Shown: positions 12,194-24,659 of the stretch, in pieces
How positions within the stretch are numbered: the first letter of the stretch is position 1
How the letters are laid out: each line of letters begins with the position of its first letter
Source: Camelus dromedarius
Lineage: Eukaryota
Direction of reading: 5' to 3'
DNA length: 64,000 nucleotides
NCBI RefSeq assembly: GCF_036321535.1
Contig: NC_087442.1
Location: forward strand, 71,920,001-71,984,000
Notes under the pieces: model-generated
The model's database searches: none
Seen by the model: the letters and a program-made list of their open reading frames with translations, nothing else
What the model was told of the DNA's origin: nothing
Position numbers and translations under genes: made by a program

Positions 12194-12302
12194 CAACTGT
12201 TTAATATCAACACATAAAACTCAATAGTGTTTCCAACTGTTTAAAATGGGCCATAAAACTCAACTGTTTAGTCAACTGCTTAATATAAAGCCATAAACCT
12301 CT
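12194..12302. repeat. Degenerate ~40-bp tandem repeat, about 2.7 copies
   Basis: Units start at 12194, 12234 and 12273, each caactg(t/c)ttaa(t/a)at...(a/c)cataaa(a/c)ctc. Confidence 0.7.
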
Positions 12303-12716
12303 GATGGCTGGCCCTGTATTAATGCCACGGGCAGTTTAACGAATAGCTGATGTTCAGTTGTCACTTAAAAACTTGGTCTGTCAATTTTTAGTTACATCAC
12401 ACATTGCAGGCATTTAAACCCTTTTACTTTTAACATTTAAGAATCCTTACTTAAATATCACACTTAAGGAAACATGTATTACATACATACATACAACAAA
12501 AAACCTTTCCAAAATGAGTACTCCAAGTTTCATTTAATATCATTAAGGTCCTGGATACTGTAACTAATTAGGGAACTAAGGATATTCAAGCTACATCACA
12601 TGTCCATTCACCTCATTAATTGTCCCTATAGGCTTGACCAATCCAGATATTCAATCAGCAAGTTAACAGGTTTTTCTTTGATTTCTATTACTGTTTTTCC
12701 CAGAATGGTTATGATG

Positions 12717-12752
12717 GCGTGTGTGTGCGCGCGTGCGCGTGTGTGTGTGTGT
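12717..12752. repeat. Compound (GT)n/(GC)n alternating purine-pyrimidine microsatellite
   Basis: gcgtgtgtgtgcgcgcgtgcgcgtgtgtgtgtgtgt, 36 nt of strict RY alternation. Confidence 0.95.
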
Positions 12753-13729
12753 TTATTTCTTCCATGCTTCACTTGAGAATCTCCAAATTGTTTCAATAGG
12801 TTGTAATACCTTACACCTCTAAAATAAACCCCAAATCTAAATTGAGAGGAAGAGCTAAACGTGAAGAGAGATGCATAAAAAATAAATTACTACAACAGCA
12901 GCGAAACAAAATGTAACTTTTCTTAGAGCTAACATAGTATCCAGGATAATCAATATAAAAGCAAAGCTCCAGTTATTGGTCTGATTTGCTAATGAGCAGA
13001 TAGCATTAGAGAAATGTTCAATGTTCCCTGGACCTATGTCTCTAATGTCAATGTGCACAGAAAAAAAAATAATACTGCTCATCAAATGAGCTATAAAATA
13101 AGATTACTAGCACGCAATCTAAGATAGACTTTCAGAAGCCATTTTATCAGCATGAATAAAAAGCCCTAAGCCTGAATAATCTTTGTCCTCCCTTCCTGGG
13201 GAGAAAGCTAAGCCTATGAAACATGTTTAGTGGAGGCTTCAAGATATGTTAAGAGAACAGTGTGCTAAGGGTTATATTACTAGTTATATCTCTTACTAGT
13301 TGTGTGTATATTTGACTGAAGAGAATAGCCACCTCTCACACATAGGTTTTGATATCGATAGCGGACTACAAAGAAGCTGAATTATCAAAGATAGGAGATA
13401 GCCAGATTATCCATTAAAAGAATGGAACCAAACCTTTGGGAAGGGGAGAGTTAAAATTTTGCCCAGTGATCTGTTTGACAACATGGAGATCTACTGTCTG
13501 ACACAGGGAAAGAAGTCTCCACAACACAGATAATTCCAATCTACTTGGTGAGAGTTTGAGAGCTAACAGCAGACACTGTATACTAGGTAGGGACCTCTAG
13601 TATAAGTAGGTAGACTCATATTTAATGACCTTCACAAAAAAGCTTAACAACTTTCACAGCGTAACTATCATACACAAAGAAATTGTCATGGCACCTGGTA
13701 CACATAGCAGCTTGAACAAATATTGAATT

Positions 13730-13860
13730 AATAAGCCTTGGGCAAGTTGCTTAAAGGGCTCGTCTGAAAAACAGGAATAATAACTGTACCTATCTTGTAA
13801 GTTCATGGGGAAGTTTAAATAATTGTCGAAAAATTTAAAAGTATGAATGCTTATTTATTA
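13730..13860 (+). mobile_element. MIR fragment
   Basis: ccttgggcaagttgcttaa...gtctgaaaaacaggaataataactgtacctatcttg. Confidence 0.55.
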
Positions 13861-14108
13861 CCCTTGCTTCCGTAACAATGTTCACTGAATTTTAAAAATT
13901 TAATTTCTTGGCTGATTTTTACAAAATGGAACATTAAAGTCAAAACTCTGTCCTTTTTCTCCATTTATATTACAAGTCTAAAATTGCCGAGGGTTTGGAC
14001 ACTGAATTTAAATTTTCAAACCATATTATTAGTGAACTCCTAAACGCTGCCTTCAATATTATGAGCAACGTCTCTTTCAATCTATTAAATGGCGTGAACT
14101 TGCATTCA

Positions 14109-14141
<33 letters not shown>

Positions 14142-14154
14142 GTATATATATATG
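14109..14154. repeat. Compound (TG)11(TA)n microsatellite
   Basis: Direct reading of the sequence. Confidence 0.95.
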
Positions 14155-14559
14155 AATTTTAGTTCTATATATTTGTCCTTTACTTGGTTAATACATGAAA
14201 TGTAAAGTACTAGAGAAGTACAATATATTGTACTTTTGACTATTTTTAATAAGTCAGCTGATAGTTGATTGACATTTAATACATCAATATAGTTATTACC
14301 TTTGAAATCTGTGTACAAGTTGGATGGTTCCTGGTACATATTATTTTGGATTAAACTACTATGAAATCCCCATAACTTTTTCTCCTCTAGTCTCTTCCTT
14401 ATCAAATCTGTCTTCTGGACTCAGGTCAAAGTGACAAAACGTAATAATAAGCAAACAAACAAACGTTTACTCACTACCCCAAAGTCTCCTATAGACCAGC
14501 ACAGATACAATATACAATCTAATCTTCTCAGGAAATAATAAAAGACCCAGGAAATCTCC

Positions 14560-14850
14560 TTCTGGCCTGACACCGCAGACTCACTCCTGCTTGCTCAAAT
14601 CTGCTCTTGCTTTTCTCCTTGTTGCGTCTACCTGGAACATTCTTTTTACACAACTATCATCTTCTGTGGTTTCTGATCACACAATTTCAAATTACAACCC
14701 ACCCCAAACACTTATTATCATATACTGACATCCTAAGTATATTCTCACACTCACACACACACAACCACCACCACCAGATTAGAAGATTCTCAAGATTGAA
14801 TCACTGGTACCTGGAATATAATAAATGCTCAATAAGTAACTGAATATATG
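14560..14850 (+). mobile_element. L2 fragment (3' end)
   Basis: ctacctggaacattcttt...tggtacctggaatataataaatgctcaataagtaactgaat. Confidence 0.55.
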
Positions 14851-14949
14851 GAACAATTATCAGGCTATATATCTCAGTGTTTTCACCTTAATCTTCATGT
14901 TTCCAAAAATATAATTACTTATCTACCCCAAGCGTATCATATCCTCTCA

Positions 14950-15790
14950 TTCCTTGATGACTTGTACAGGCACTATATGCAAAAATCCTATGTGGGAGAT
15001 GACAGTCATTAAATGTGTGAGAAAATAAACCACTTAATTGTTGGTTGTGACAGTTACTACAAAGGAAATAAAGAGAGTGATGCAATAGAAAGTAAATGGG
15101 CAATGGACAGTTAACAATGTCCACGGACGCCCAAGGAGGCTATGATGTTGTGAAGGCGATATTGACATTAAGACCCAAAAGTCGAGAAGGAAGCAGGCTT
15201 ATGTAATAAAGGAATTGTGTCACATGGAAAGGAGATGGACTATGTAAAAGCCGAGACAGCAAAAAGTCAGGTTTTTATTAAGGAGCTGAATGGACAGCCT
15301 TGTGATTGGATGGCTTTAAAAAGAATGGTATGAACTAAGCTCAGAAAGGTAGGAATGGAGCACAACAGCTAGAGCCTTAGACGTCATCGAAACAAGTTTG
15401 TGCTTGATGCTAAGGGACAAAGAAACCTTCGGAATGTTGTAAGCAGGAAAGTGGTGGAATAAGATTTACATGAAGACAAAATTCTGGTAAATTGACAATA
15501 TTTCAATTAAAAAAAAAGGCAAAATTCTGAGTGCTATGAAAGTCAATTTTAGAGCTGCGAGAGTAGAAACAGGGAGGCAGGTTAGGACACTCTTGTAGTG
15601 GCCCTGGTGACGAATGTTCATAACTCATACAAGAAGAGAGAAGTTAGAAAGAAGTGGATAAATTAGAAACTGCATTTTGCACGTGTACTATATGGAAGAG
15701 AAGGGAAAGGGAGGTATTACGAATAATCCCTACTTTCTTTATTGAGTTGCTCTGTCCACATTGGTGCCTTTTACCAAAATACAAAAACAG
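14950..15790 (-). mobile_element. L2 fragment, minus orientation
   Basis: Purine-rich L2-like text, e.g. gagccttagacgtcat...gatgctaagggacaaagaaacc...gtaagcaggaaagtg and gagtagaaacagggaggcaggttaggac. Confidence 0.55.
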
Positions 15791-15829
15791 AGGGAGGGTC
15801 AAATTTTTAAACACATCCTCTGAGTAAGT

Positions 15830-16059
15830 TTCATAATCCCTCTGGCTGACTTAAATCTTCCTCTGGGCTCACTTTTTACCTTATATATTAGAATATTTAT
15901 TACCTTACATTATAATAATGTATTTGTTCTTCTCTCTACAAGACAGCAAGCTCTTTGAAGATCATGACTGTATCTTTTCATCTTTTTGTCCGTAGGCCTG
16001 GCACAGTGTCTAGTCATGGAATACAAATGATAATTGTTTAAATGAATGAATGAATGAAT
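15830..16059 (+). mobile_element. L2 3' end with (AATG)n tail
   Basis: caagctctttgaagatcatgactgtatcttttcatc...ggcctggcacagtg...aatgaatgaatgaatgaatg. Confidence 0.7.
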
Positions 16060-16470
16060 GTAGGAAGAGCTAAGAAAACAGGCAAGAATACAGGACCGGA
16101 ACTATGGTAGCTTCCAATCTTGTGGGCTCTGTTAATTTAAGAGTATGAATAGACGTTGATCAAAATCCCTAAGGCCAAGAGGTCTTACTAAAACTCTAAG
16201 TGGCTGTAAATTTTCCAGTTGCTCAAAGTCCAGTATATGAATTATTTTACTTTAGTCTGCATAAGTACCAAAAACTAAAGAAAATGTCTCTTTATCTGTA
16301 GTTCTTGAGCTTCAAGTTGGCCAAATAAATATATTTTCTCATCAATAAAAATCAAAAGACAACCTTTTAAAGATAGGAGAGCATTCATTTATCACTCCAA
16401 ATGTTTACCTTAATGTAAATTTTGGAGGATCCTGGTAAGATTCATTATTCTATCACTTTTGGTTTTTTAA

Positions 16471-16638
<168 letters not shown>

Positions 16639-16793
16639 TAAGCATTTGTGCTTTGCAATATTACTACTCCATTTCCCCACTCAATTACTGCCTTCCAAAG
16701 GGACATAGTATTTCTAGATCCTTGTTCATAATGCCCAACATTAATATCCTACAGATAACAATTCTACACATTTTCATCTTTTGTACCTAACAG

Positions 16794-16947
16794 AACAGAA
16801 TGCATGAAAGCCTTCACCTGTTCAACAGTATCTGCAATCACAAGTACTTTGCAACCACCTCCATTGTCCTGTTTCTCAATAAAAAAGATCTCTTTCAAGA
16901 AAAAGTAACCAAAGTGCATCTCAGTATCTGCTTTCCAGAGTACACTG
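16794..16947 (+). CDS. GNAT3: G protein alpha gustducin, coding exon 7 (154 nt)
   Basis: Acceptor cctaacag ends at 16793 and donor gtaaga starts at 16948. Translates [51 protein letters not shown](G), with G4 NKKD. Intron 6 is only 191 nt. Confidence 0.97.
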
Positions 16948-17764
16948 GTAAGATTCTTTTTTTAAAAAAATTCCATCATAGTTAATTCTTGTATAGAGAT
17001 ATAATCTTCTGTCTGGATATTGAAGTATAACGCTATGAGGCTGAGGCTTATGATACTTTTTGGAGTCATGTGTCTGATCCAAACTTGAAAGAATCTTACA
17101 AGATAAAGAGGAAACCCTCTCTATACTATACAAAGCTATAATGAGTAAATGAGAGGTAAATGATACTGCAAACTCTACTATCTTAAACATTGTGATAGGG
17201 GTGAAAATTTTATTCCGAATCAGCATTTTATATCTCCTAATAAAAACTTTTAATACTGTATTAGATCTCAGTGGCTCTTCAAAATCTGAATTCAGTTTCC
17301 AGAGGGATAGCTTGAATGAATTTGAGGATAGTGACCTCCCTTTTTCCAATTTTCCTACATCCTGGAGCTTTAGTACTGATCCTGTTAATCAATGTCAGGC
17401 TCTCTAGAAGAGTTATGTTTCTTTTGGAGAACTTTTTACATTATTAGTTATGTGCTCTTGTTGATGAAATTGTGTAAGATGGAAATATTTGATTTAAACA
17501 CAAATACAAACTCAATTTCACCACTTAGATTTGTGGGTATCCCAAATGTGCTGTCCTATTCTGTAAAAATAGCTATTTGTGCTAATCCATAATGAGTACT
17601 TATATTTTTCTTCATATCTGTAAGTAATTATATGTTTACACCTCAGCTGGGAAAAAATTATGTTTACACATTTATCATGTGCTTAAATATAATCACAATT
17701 GTGTAATGATGTTACAAATTAAATATAGAGTCATAATTAAGGGGTATATGTTTTCTTCTAAGTA

Positions 17765-18165
17765 ACAGTCTATTTCTTAGAACAATTTTTTGTTTACAGA
17801 AAATAGTTTCTATATATTCTCTGTCAGGTCAGCTCCCACAGTTTCCCCTATTATTAACATTTTGCATTGGTGTGGTACATTTGTTAAAACTGATGAACAG
17901 ATATTGATACATTATTAACTGAAGTCCATAGTTTAGGTTACGGTTAACTTTGTGTTGTACAGTTCGATGGGTGATGCTAAATGCATGTGGTGTTCCCACC
18001 ATTACTGTATTATACAGAGTAGTCTCACTGCCCTAAAATTCCGTGCTCCACCTATTCCTGCCTCTTCCCTTTCCTCCAACCCCTGGCAACCACTAATCTG
18101 TTTACTATTTCTGTGATTTTGTCCTTCCAAGACTGTCATATAGCTGGAATCATACAGTAGTATGT
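17765..18165 (-). mobile_element. L1 (L1MC-like) 3' UTR fragment in intron 7
   Basis: cagtttcccctattattaacattttgcattggtgtggtacatttgttaaaactgatgaac...cccctggcaaccactaatctgtt...gtcatatagctggaatcatacagta. Confidence 0.75.
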
Positions 18166-18617
18166 GCCTGCCACTTTTTGGCTTTCATTCACATGATTTT
18201 TCTTCTCCCTTCTGGCTATCCCTCAAGGTCCAGCTCAAATACCACCTCATTATGTACTCCACTCATCTATAATTTCTACTCTTCTTTCAGTTCATATTAA
18301 CACACACCCACACCCCCACGTACACATATACATGCATAGTCTTTGACAAATACATAGGCTTTATGACTCACTTTGTTGGATAAATACATTACTATTTCTA
18401 CTGTATCATGGGCTTTTTGATGCAGAGGTTACATTTTAGCCACCTGAAGCCCCCAGGGGGTAAGTAGATGCTGTGTAAATCCCCGATAATTGTTTATTAT
18501 CATTTTGGTTTTTCAATACCGAGTACATCAAATAGCACACAAAGTAAAATCCTAAAACTTATAGATATTATTTATAATTTTATGTTTTTTAAAATGCAAT
18601 TCACATTTACTTCTTTA

Positions 18618-18749
18618 NNNNNNNNNNNNNNNNNNNNNNNNNNNNNNNNNNNNNNNNNNNNNNNNNNNNNNNNNNNNNNNNNNNNNNNNNNNNNNNNNNN
18701 NNNNNNNNNNNNNNNNNNNNNNNNNNNNNNNNNNNNNNNNNNNNNNNNN
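18618..18749. other. Sequence gap (132 N) covering the exon 8 acceptor and ~118 coding nt
   Basis: Run of N. Other gaps are at 26134-26267, 48337-48525, 59935-60078, 60275-60445 and 61324-61451. Confidence 0.99.
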
Positions 18750-18822
18750 TGTCAAGTTTGTGTTTGATGCAGTTACAGACATAATAATCAAAGAGAATCT
18801 GAAAGACTGTGGGCTTTTCTGA
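18632..18822 (+). CDS. GNAT3: G protein alpha gustducin, terminal coding exon 8 (5' part hidden in N gap; start inferred)
   Basis: Visible 18751-18822 translates VKFVFDAVTDIIIKENLKDCGLF* with TGA at 18820-18822. Start 18632 is inferred from the 191-nt coding length needed for a 354-aa protein and falls inside the gap 18618-18749, just after a pyrimidine-rich intron end. Confidence 0.9.
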
Positions 18823-20242
18823 TCTATCCTTTTTTCTTCTGCACTTGCTCACGTACACTTTTCAAGATATAAAAAGGTGCCGTGTGATGTGTCTAGTTTT
18901 AAGAGATATTAACTTATGTAGAAATATAACTAGTGTTATAAGGCAAAAACTTTTCCACACAAAAACTTTAATGTATTGTCACCTATATGTGGATAAATTT
19001 CTATTTCTCTGGGACATTGAGGATGGGGGTTCCTTGATGCCTTTGGGTCTGAAAGCTGATGTGTTTTGGTAATTCTCTAACAATACATTTCAGTGACACT
19101 GAATTTGCTTGGAAGTCAATTCTGCATTGTGGCCTACTTGTAATGATAGGGCAAAGGAAGAAAAGCAAAGTTCTCCATGTTATTTCCACTGGCCAGATTC
19201 TGAGAGGCATTCATCTCTGCTGATAATATAATCGTGCCTGTACTGTAGAAACTATTCAAAGATGATATATGTGGGGTATTCTGTTGGTCAATTACTCTTA
19301 TTCAGCTAGCTGCAAATGAGGTTTTCACTATACATACATATACCTGTTGGTGGAAAATTATACATGCAAGAGAAATGCATGCAATTTTATTACTTTTCCC
19401 TAGAAAAAAAACCACTGATGCGGAATTTACCTTTAGAATTGAGGATTTCAATAATATATTCTTTGCACCAATCTCACTGAAAACAGGAAATCATCTATGG
19501 TCAAGGATAGAGTGTAAGGCTGTTCAAGTGGAACAATAGTCCTCAATGGAGTACCCATTTCCCACATTTTATTCCAGAGCAGCGTGGAACATGATCACAA
19601 TTGATGGATGGAGACAGTAATTCTAAACCTCAAGAGAAGAAGTAATTCAATGTCTTAGCACTAGTATGTTTTGGTTTTGTGAATAAGAGGTAGGAAGTAA
19701 GAGTGAGTAATTAGGAGTTTTTTTATAAGAAAGATTGACCTTCTTGTCAGTAGTGTATGGTCCTTTCTAAAAGTTCCATGGTATGCAAATGGTCAAAGCT
19801 GACTTTTTAAAAGCTAATCTGGTGCCTTACAAACAAAACTGTATTATTTATGAACAGAAGAGATTTTTTTTTTTTCAAAGTGAGCACCATTTACACCATA
19901 CACTTTAAAGCATGTCTGATATTGTTTACCCTCTACCCTTGTAGAAGGTGATGTACAGGTCAGAATAGTAGGTCAGTGTAAAAGATTTATAACTATTCTG
20001 AAAAGAGAGCTAATTAGATTTTCATAACTAGATGAGATAAAGGGAATATAAATTAAGCAATCTGCCAATCTGTAGCCCAGGTGGATGTAGGTAGCCCTGT
20101 CTCAGTGTCACTACTTCATTGTTTTATAATGCATTTCCATTCTAAACATGTAAGAATGATCATTATTCAATAAGTAACCTTGACTTGAGTGTTTCCGGTT
20201 TCATTTTCAAAAACACAAAGGAGTTATAAACAAACACAATCA

Positions 20243-20248
20243 AATAAA
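20243..20248 (+). terminator. Candidate polyadenylation signal (first canonical AATAAA after the GNAT3 stop)
   Basis: AATAAA about 1.42 kb after the stop. Further AATAAA at 20543 and 20891, and a variant TATAAA at 18868. Usage cannot be shown from sequence. Confidence 0.3.
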
Positions 20249-23200
20249 AATGTTACAGTAAGAAAAATTAATTTGAAATCCGTTTTCAAAATATGTTAAG
20301 GAGTCAGAATAGTAAGGACAAAAAAAAAAGAAAGAGAAAATATTTAGTTCAGGCATTCAATGAAATTTTCTGCTAAGGACCATAATTTACATGACAACAA
20401 GCCAACATTTTGCTGGGAGCTATTCAATGCTTTGAGATTTTAAATTAACATTACAAATGCTATCATTTCATCCAATGCTTTGTCTTTTTATTCTTCCACT
20501 CTAACCTACTTTTCTCCATCAGTGTGAAGAGAATGTTCTAGAAATAAATTAATTTATTTTGAAATATTACTATTACTATAATTTTGATTTTGACTCTGAC
20601 TTGACTTTAGGGTTTCTCTATTAGATAACGTAGAAAGGGTGGGATCAGAAATAGCTTATCTTTTAAAAATACACAACTCATCTCAATCTGTGCAAAAAAT
20701 TGACAGGCATCAATATTTATTTATGAAATTTTGTTCTATGAGAACTGTAAAAAATACATTAAATGGCCAAACTAAAATTAGAGGTGAGTTTGGATTACTT
20801 AAAAAAAAAAAACTGTCAAATTTTTTCCAATGCTATAATTGCAATTTTAAAAACTTTTCTTCACAATCAAAAATAGTTGCTGTGCTACACAATAAATTTT
20901 AATTAAGAAAAAATTTTAGTAGAGAAAATAAATGTTTCTATTATGTCTTTAATGATTATGTTCCTCAAAATTGAGTCTATTTCTGATTTTACTTTTATAC
21001 TTTATTAATTAAAAAAAAAGGTTGGAGTGGATATACAGCATTTGGGACTAATTAAAGAAAGCAACAAAATGGAAAATACAGGAAGCTATATTTCAGCTGG
21101 AAGAAACTCACACTGACACCAGAAATGTTAAATTTGGTTAGAGTTGAAACATGCATTTCAATTAAAAATTCAAGCTTTTAATTGTACAGATCGTGTTGCT
21201 GCTTTTATAGTATCTCAAGGAAGCAGTCTTTGTCATTCAAAGCTCAAATGTGGTTATACTGTTATTTTTCCTTTTCTGTTATTTGAGATTTCTCTTCCTG
21301 ACTCAGAGTGTTCTGCAGTCCTGCTTGCCTTAGATTTTTAACACTCCCAACTCATTCATTTCTAAGGTTTGTCCAGTAGTAGACACAGTGTACCACCTCA
21401 GAGATCTGGTACAGGCTTACATCTAATGGGATCACTAACAACTTAGTCCTTGCAGATTTTTTCCAGAAGCACGAACTGATCAAAGGATAAGTCTTCACAG
21501 CTTGGGACTAGCGAGTAGAGAGTTAAATGAAGAAGAGTATTAACTGGGTAATATCATTGTGTCAAAGTACAAAAGTTGGCAACTCTACAAAGGAGCTCTA
21601 TGGAAAGATCATTTCGAATTCTGTGAAATCTACAACATACATTATAGAGATCCAATATCCTACTGATTCAAAATTTATAAACAAGTAATAGTTTTCACGT
21701 ATATCACACAAATGGGCAAACTACCTTTTCAGGCCATGGTCCTGTCCTTATACAAATTTTCATACTTGATCCATTGTCCTCTTGAAACACAAAATGTATT
21801 TTCAAATACTTGCAGAGTCACTCAGGCTTGACTTAATCAAGTGCTATGTACACAAGGAAAAACTAAATCTTCTGTGTTGATTTATGTGCTTTTACTGTGT
21901 CACACCACTTCAGAATCAGAGGTAGCTGACCACCTGTATCTACTAAAAATAAGTATTTGTAAAAACTATAGGAGAAATTATGAATCCTCTAACTTAGAAT
22001 AACTTAAAAAATATGAGACAACCCTCTGCCTGGGATGAAGGAATTCACTAGAGAACGTAACCAGCTAAGGCCCTCTTTCCATTTTTCCTTTTCTACATTT
22101 TTATACACTCACCTCTATCCACTTGGGGGCACACTTACATCATGTGTTCTATCCAAATGCTCAAACATAATACATTTAGATTATTAATAACTTTAATGAC
22201 ACAGGTAATAAAATCGTATTAAGAATTATAGTTCATTTTGTGCTTCCAGCTCTGTGGTACATGAAAATGTTCTCATAGTCATTATACGCACTATTTTAGT
22301 CAAATTTGTGAGTAACACAGCTGTTGAAACAGTTCCAAATTTGTTTGGTGTTATTCATTTAGTCTCTTCAATGCTTTTATTTTTTACCATTTTCAAACTG
22401 ATGTTTAAATCTAAGTGATCATTCATTTTGTAAACAGTGCTTTTCCATTAATCTGTATTGTGTCTTAAATCTTGATTAGCTTATGGTGAAAGGGAGAATC
22501 GTTTGCATGTCTAACAATTACATTTTGTGAATATTTATCAATTGGCAACTGATTAATATCTTTTTAGCAAATCAAAGTAAAATTTCATTCTGCTTTAATA
22601 TTAGCCATTCCAGTATTCTGATTATTTCACTGTCTCCATAACCACTATCCCACCAAATCAAGAGGAAAATGAATGCTCTGTGACATTTTGCTATTACCAG
22701 CACTGCTGCTGCCAACAGATACTTAATTAGTAATAGTACAATTGTTATTTTAAGCCACACTTGTCACAGGGGTTAAGAAATAAATGCAGTCACTTGAAAG
22801 AAAAAGGAAATAAAAAGACCTTAATTTACTTCACAGGGACAGTAATGGCCCTCTAATTATTACACCTTTCAGATAAAGAATAATATATGAAACACACAAG
22901 TACAGTGATTATTTTATTTGAAAGACATTCTACTTTCTAAATTGGTCAGATTCAAACAAAACCTAGCGTATATATGATAGAAAAGTATGTTTTCCAATGC
23001 ATATTGCTGTCAATTTTTTTCTGAATAAGAAAACTGGTCAAATATTAAATGCCATTGTAATATCAAAACCAACAGAAAGTGTTTCTGCCTTCACATATTA
23101 AAAGCCTTACATTGGAGAAAATATTATGATTGTACTTAAGGTTAGCATAAGAAAATTTAGCATAAAAGTACCCATGCAGAAAGGCAAAGAAAAAGATGAT

Positions 23201-24659
23201 CTACCCTATGATTATCTTATCCGGTTAAAATCCAAATATTTCATTACATTTTAAAAATGGTGATGTACAAATGTACATTTATATGTAGCACAAGTTAGGT
23301 GAGATCATTTACCAGCAAAAGAAACAATTTTATCTGCCTTAGAGTCAAGTTATTCATCATAGTGAGTCCACACGTGTTTAGTCTCTACTATATTCAAGAA
23401 ACTGTGTCACTTTTTATTCTTATATGTGACGTGCTCTGCAATTATACCTGTAACAGGGCAGCATAATCATCTCTACCTTTTGAATCAAAAGGTAGAACAT
23501 TTTATTAAAAATATATAAACCATATATATCACATCCAAAACAGACACAAATGCATACTTTTTTCCATAATTCTGTTCTTTGGTAAATATACAAGTACTGC
23601 TTCATAATCTAAAGCAGTCACCACACTGTTTTGCTACAAAACAGAAGTGGAAGTACCTAAGCTGGACCACCATACATGGACAGTTTCGTTAAATTCGAGA
23701 GATTCCAACAGCAAATTACTCATGAGGTATTTCATCGTGAATCTGTGACAAAAAGCTCTCCTGAACTACATTTTCCCCCAAGAACAGGTGACATGGTCAC
23801 TGCAGAGAACTCTGGGCTGTGCTTGAGAACTCACATTGAAATCTCAGTTCTATCACCAACCATCCCCTCTGTGGGACAACATGCAAGTGTTAATTTTTTC
23901 CAGGTGGCTACTACTTTTCTTATCTATAGATGAACAGAGTAGATTAAACAATCACCAGAAACCAATACAGCCTGAGCTTCGGAGTCAGCACTGTCTTTGA
24001 ACATTGATATTAGACTAAGCTTGTCTTAACTGCTTTATTAAAAGAAAATTAAAAAATAGGAAGAGGAATGATATATAAAGGACTTTTAATGAACACTTAA
24101 AATGTGACTAATGAAACTGGTGACTTCATTTCTTTTCAGTTTTAAATTGAGGGCTTAGAAGTGTTATTTATTCCTGGGAAGAACATCTAGCACCCAGCAC
24201 TGCCCCTAGTAAAGACTTCACAAGGGCATCACTCATTCCTCACCTAGAGTGATCATCCTTTGCCAGCCAAGAGGAAAAATGCATTGATTCATGTAAAAAA
24301 ATTATTAAAGACTAACGTGACAACTTGTATGTAAAGTTACCAAACACTTAATTTTATACTTAAAATGGATGAATATATAAATTATTTCTCAAATCAGAGT
24401 AGTAATGATAAAGATGATTTTTAAAAGGAATAATATGCTACTCATCCTTCCCCATAGTATTTCATGTATGTAGTGGGATTAGTAAGTATTTAATAAATTA
24501 ATAAGCAATGCAGTCATATTTCCTATAATGACCTTTCCACCTGAAACAGAAATGTTCCAAACTCCAGTACCCCTGTCTAGCTAGGTCCACCCACCCTGCA
24601 CAGTTGGTGGCCTAAAAATAAATTAACTTTACTTTTTAAAAAGTCTAGAAAGCTGAGAG

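Noticed and set aside
12194-12302. CRISPR-like repeat-spacer array (also the 35-bp direct repeat at 7546/7838)
   Set aside because: Mammalian intron context, too few and too degenerate units, and no cas genes.
16921-17349. 142-aa minus-strand ORF antisense to exon 7/intron 7
   Set aside because: No recognisable homology and composition typical of AT-rich intron. It is the length expected for the occasional chance ORF.
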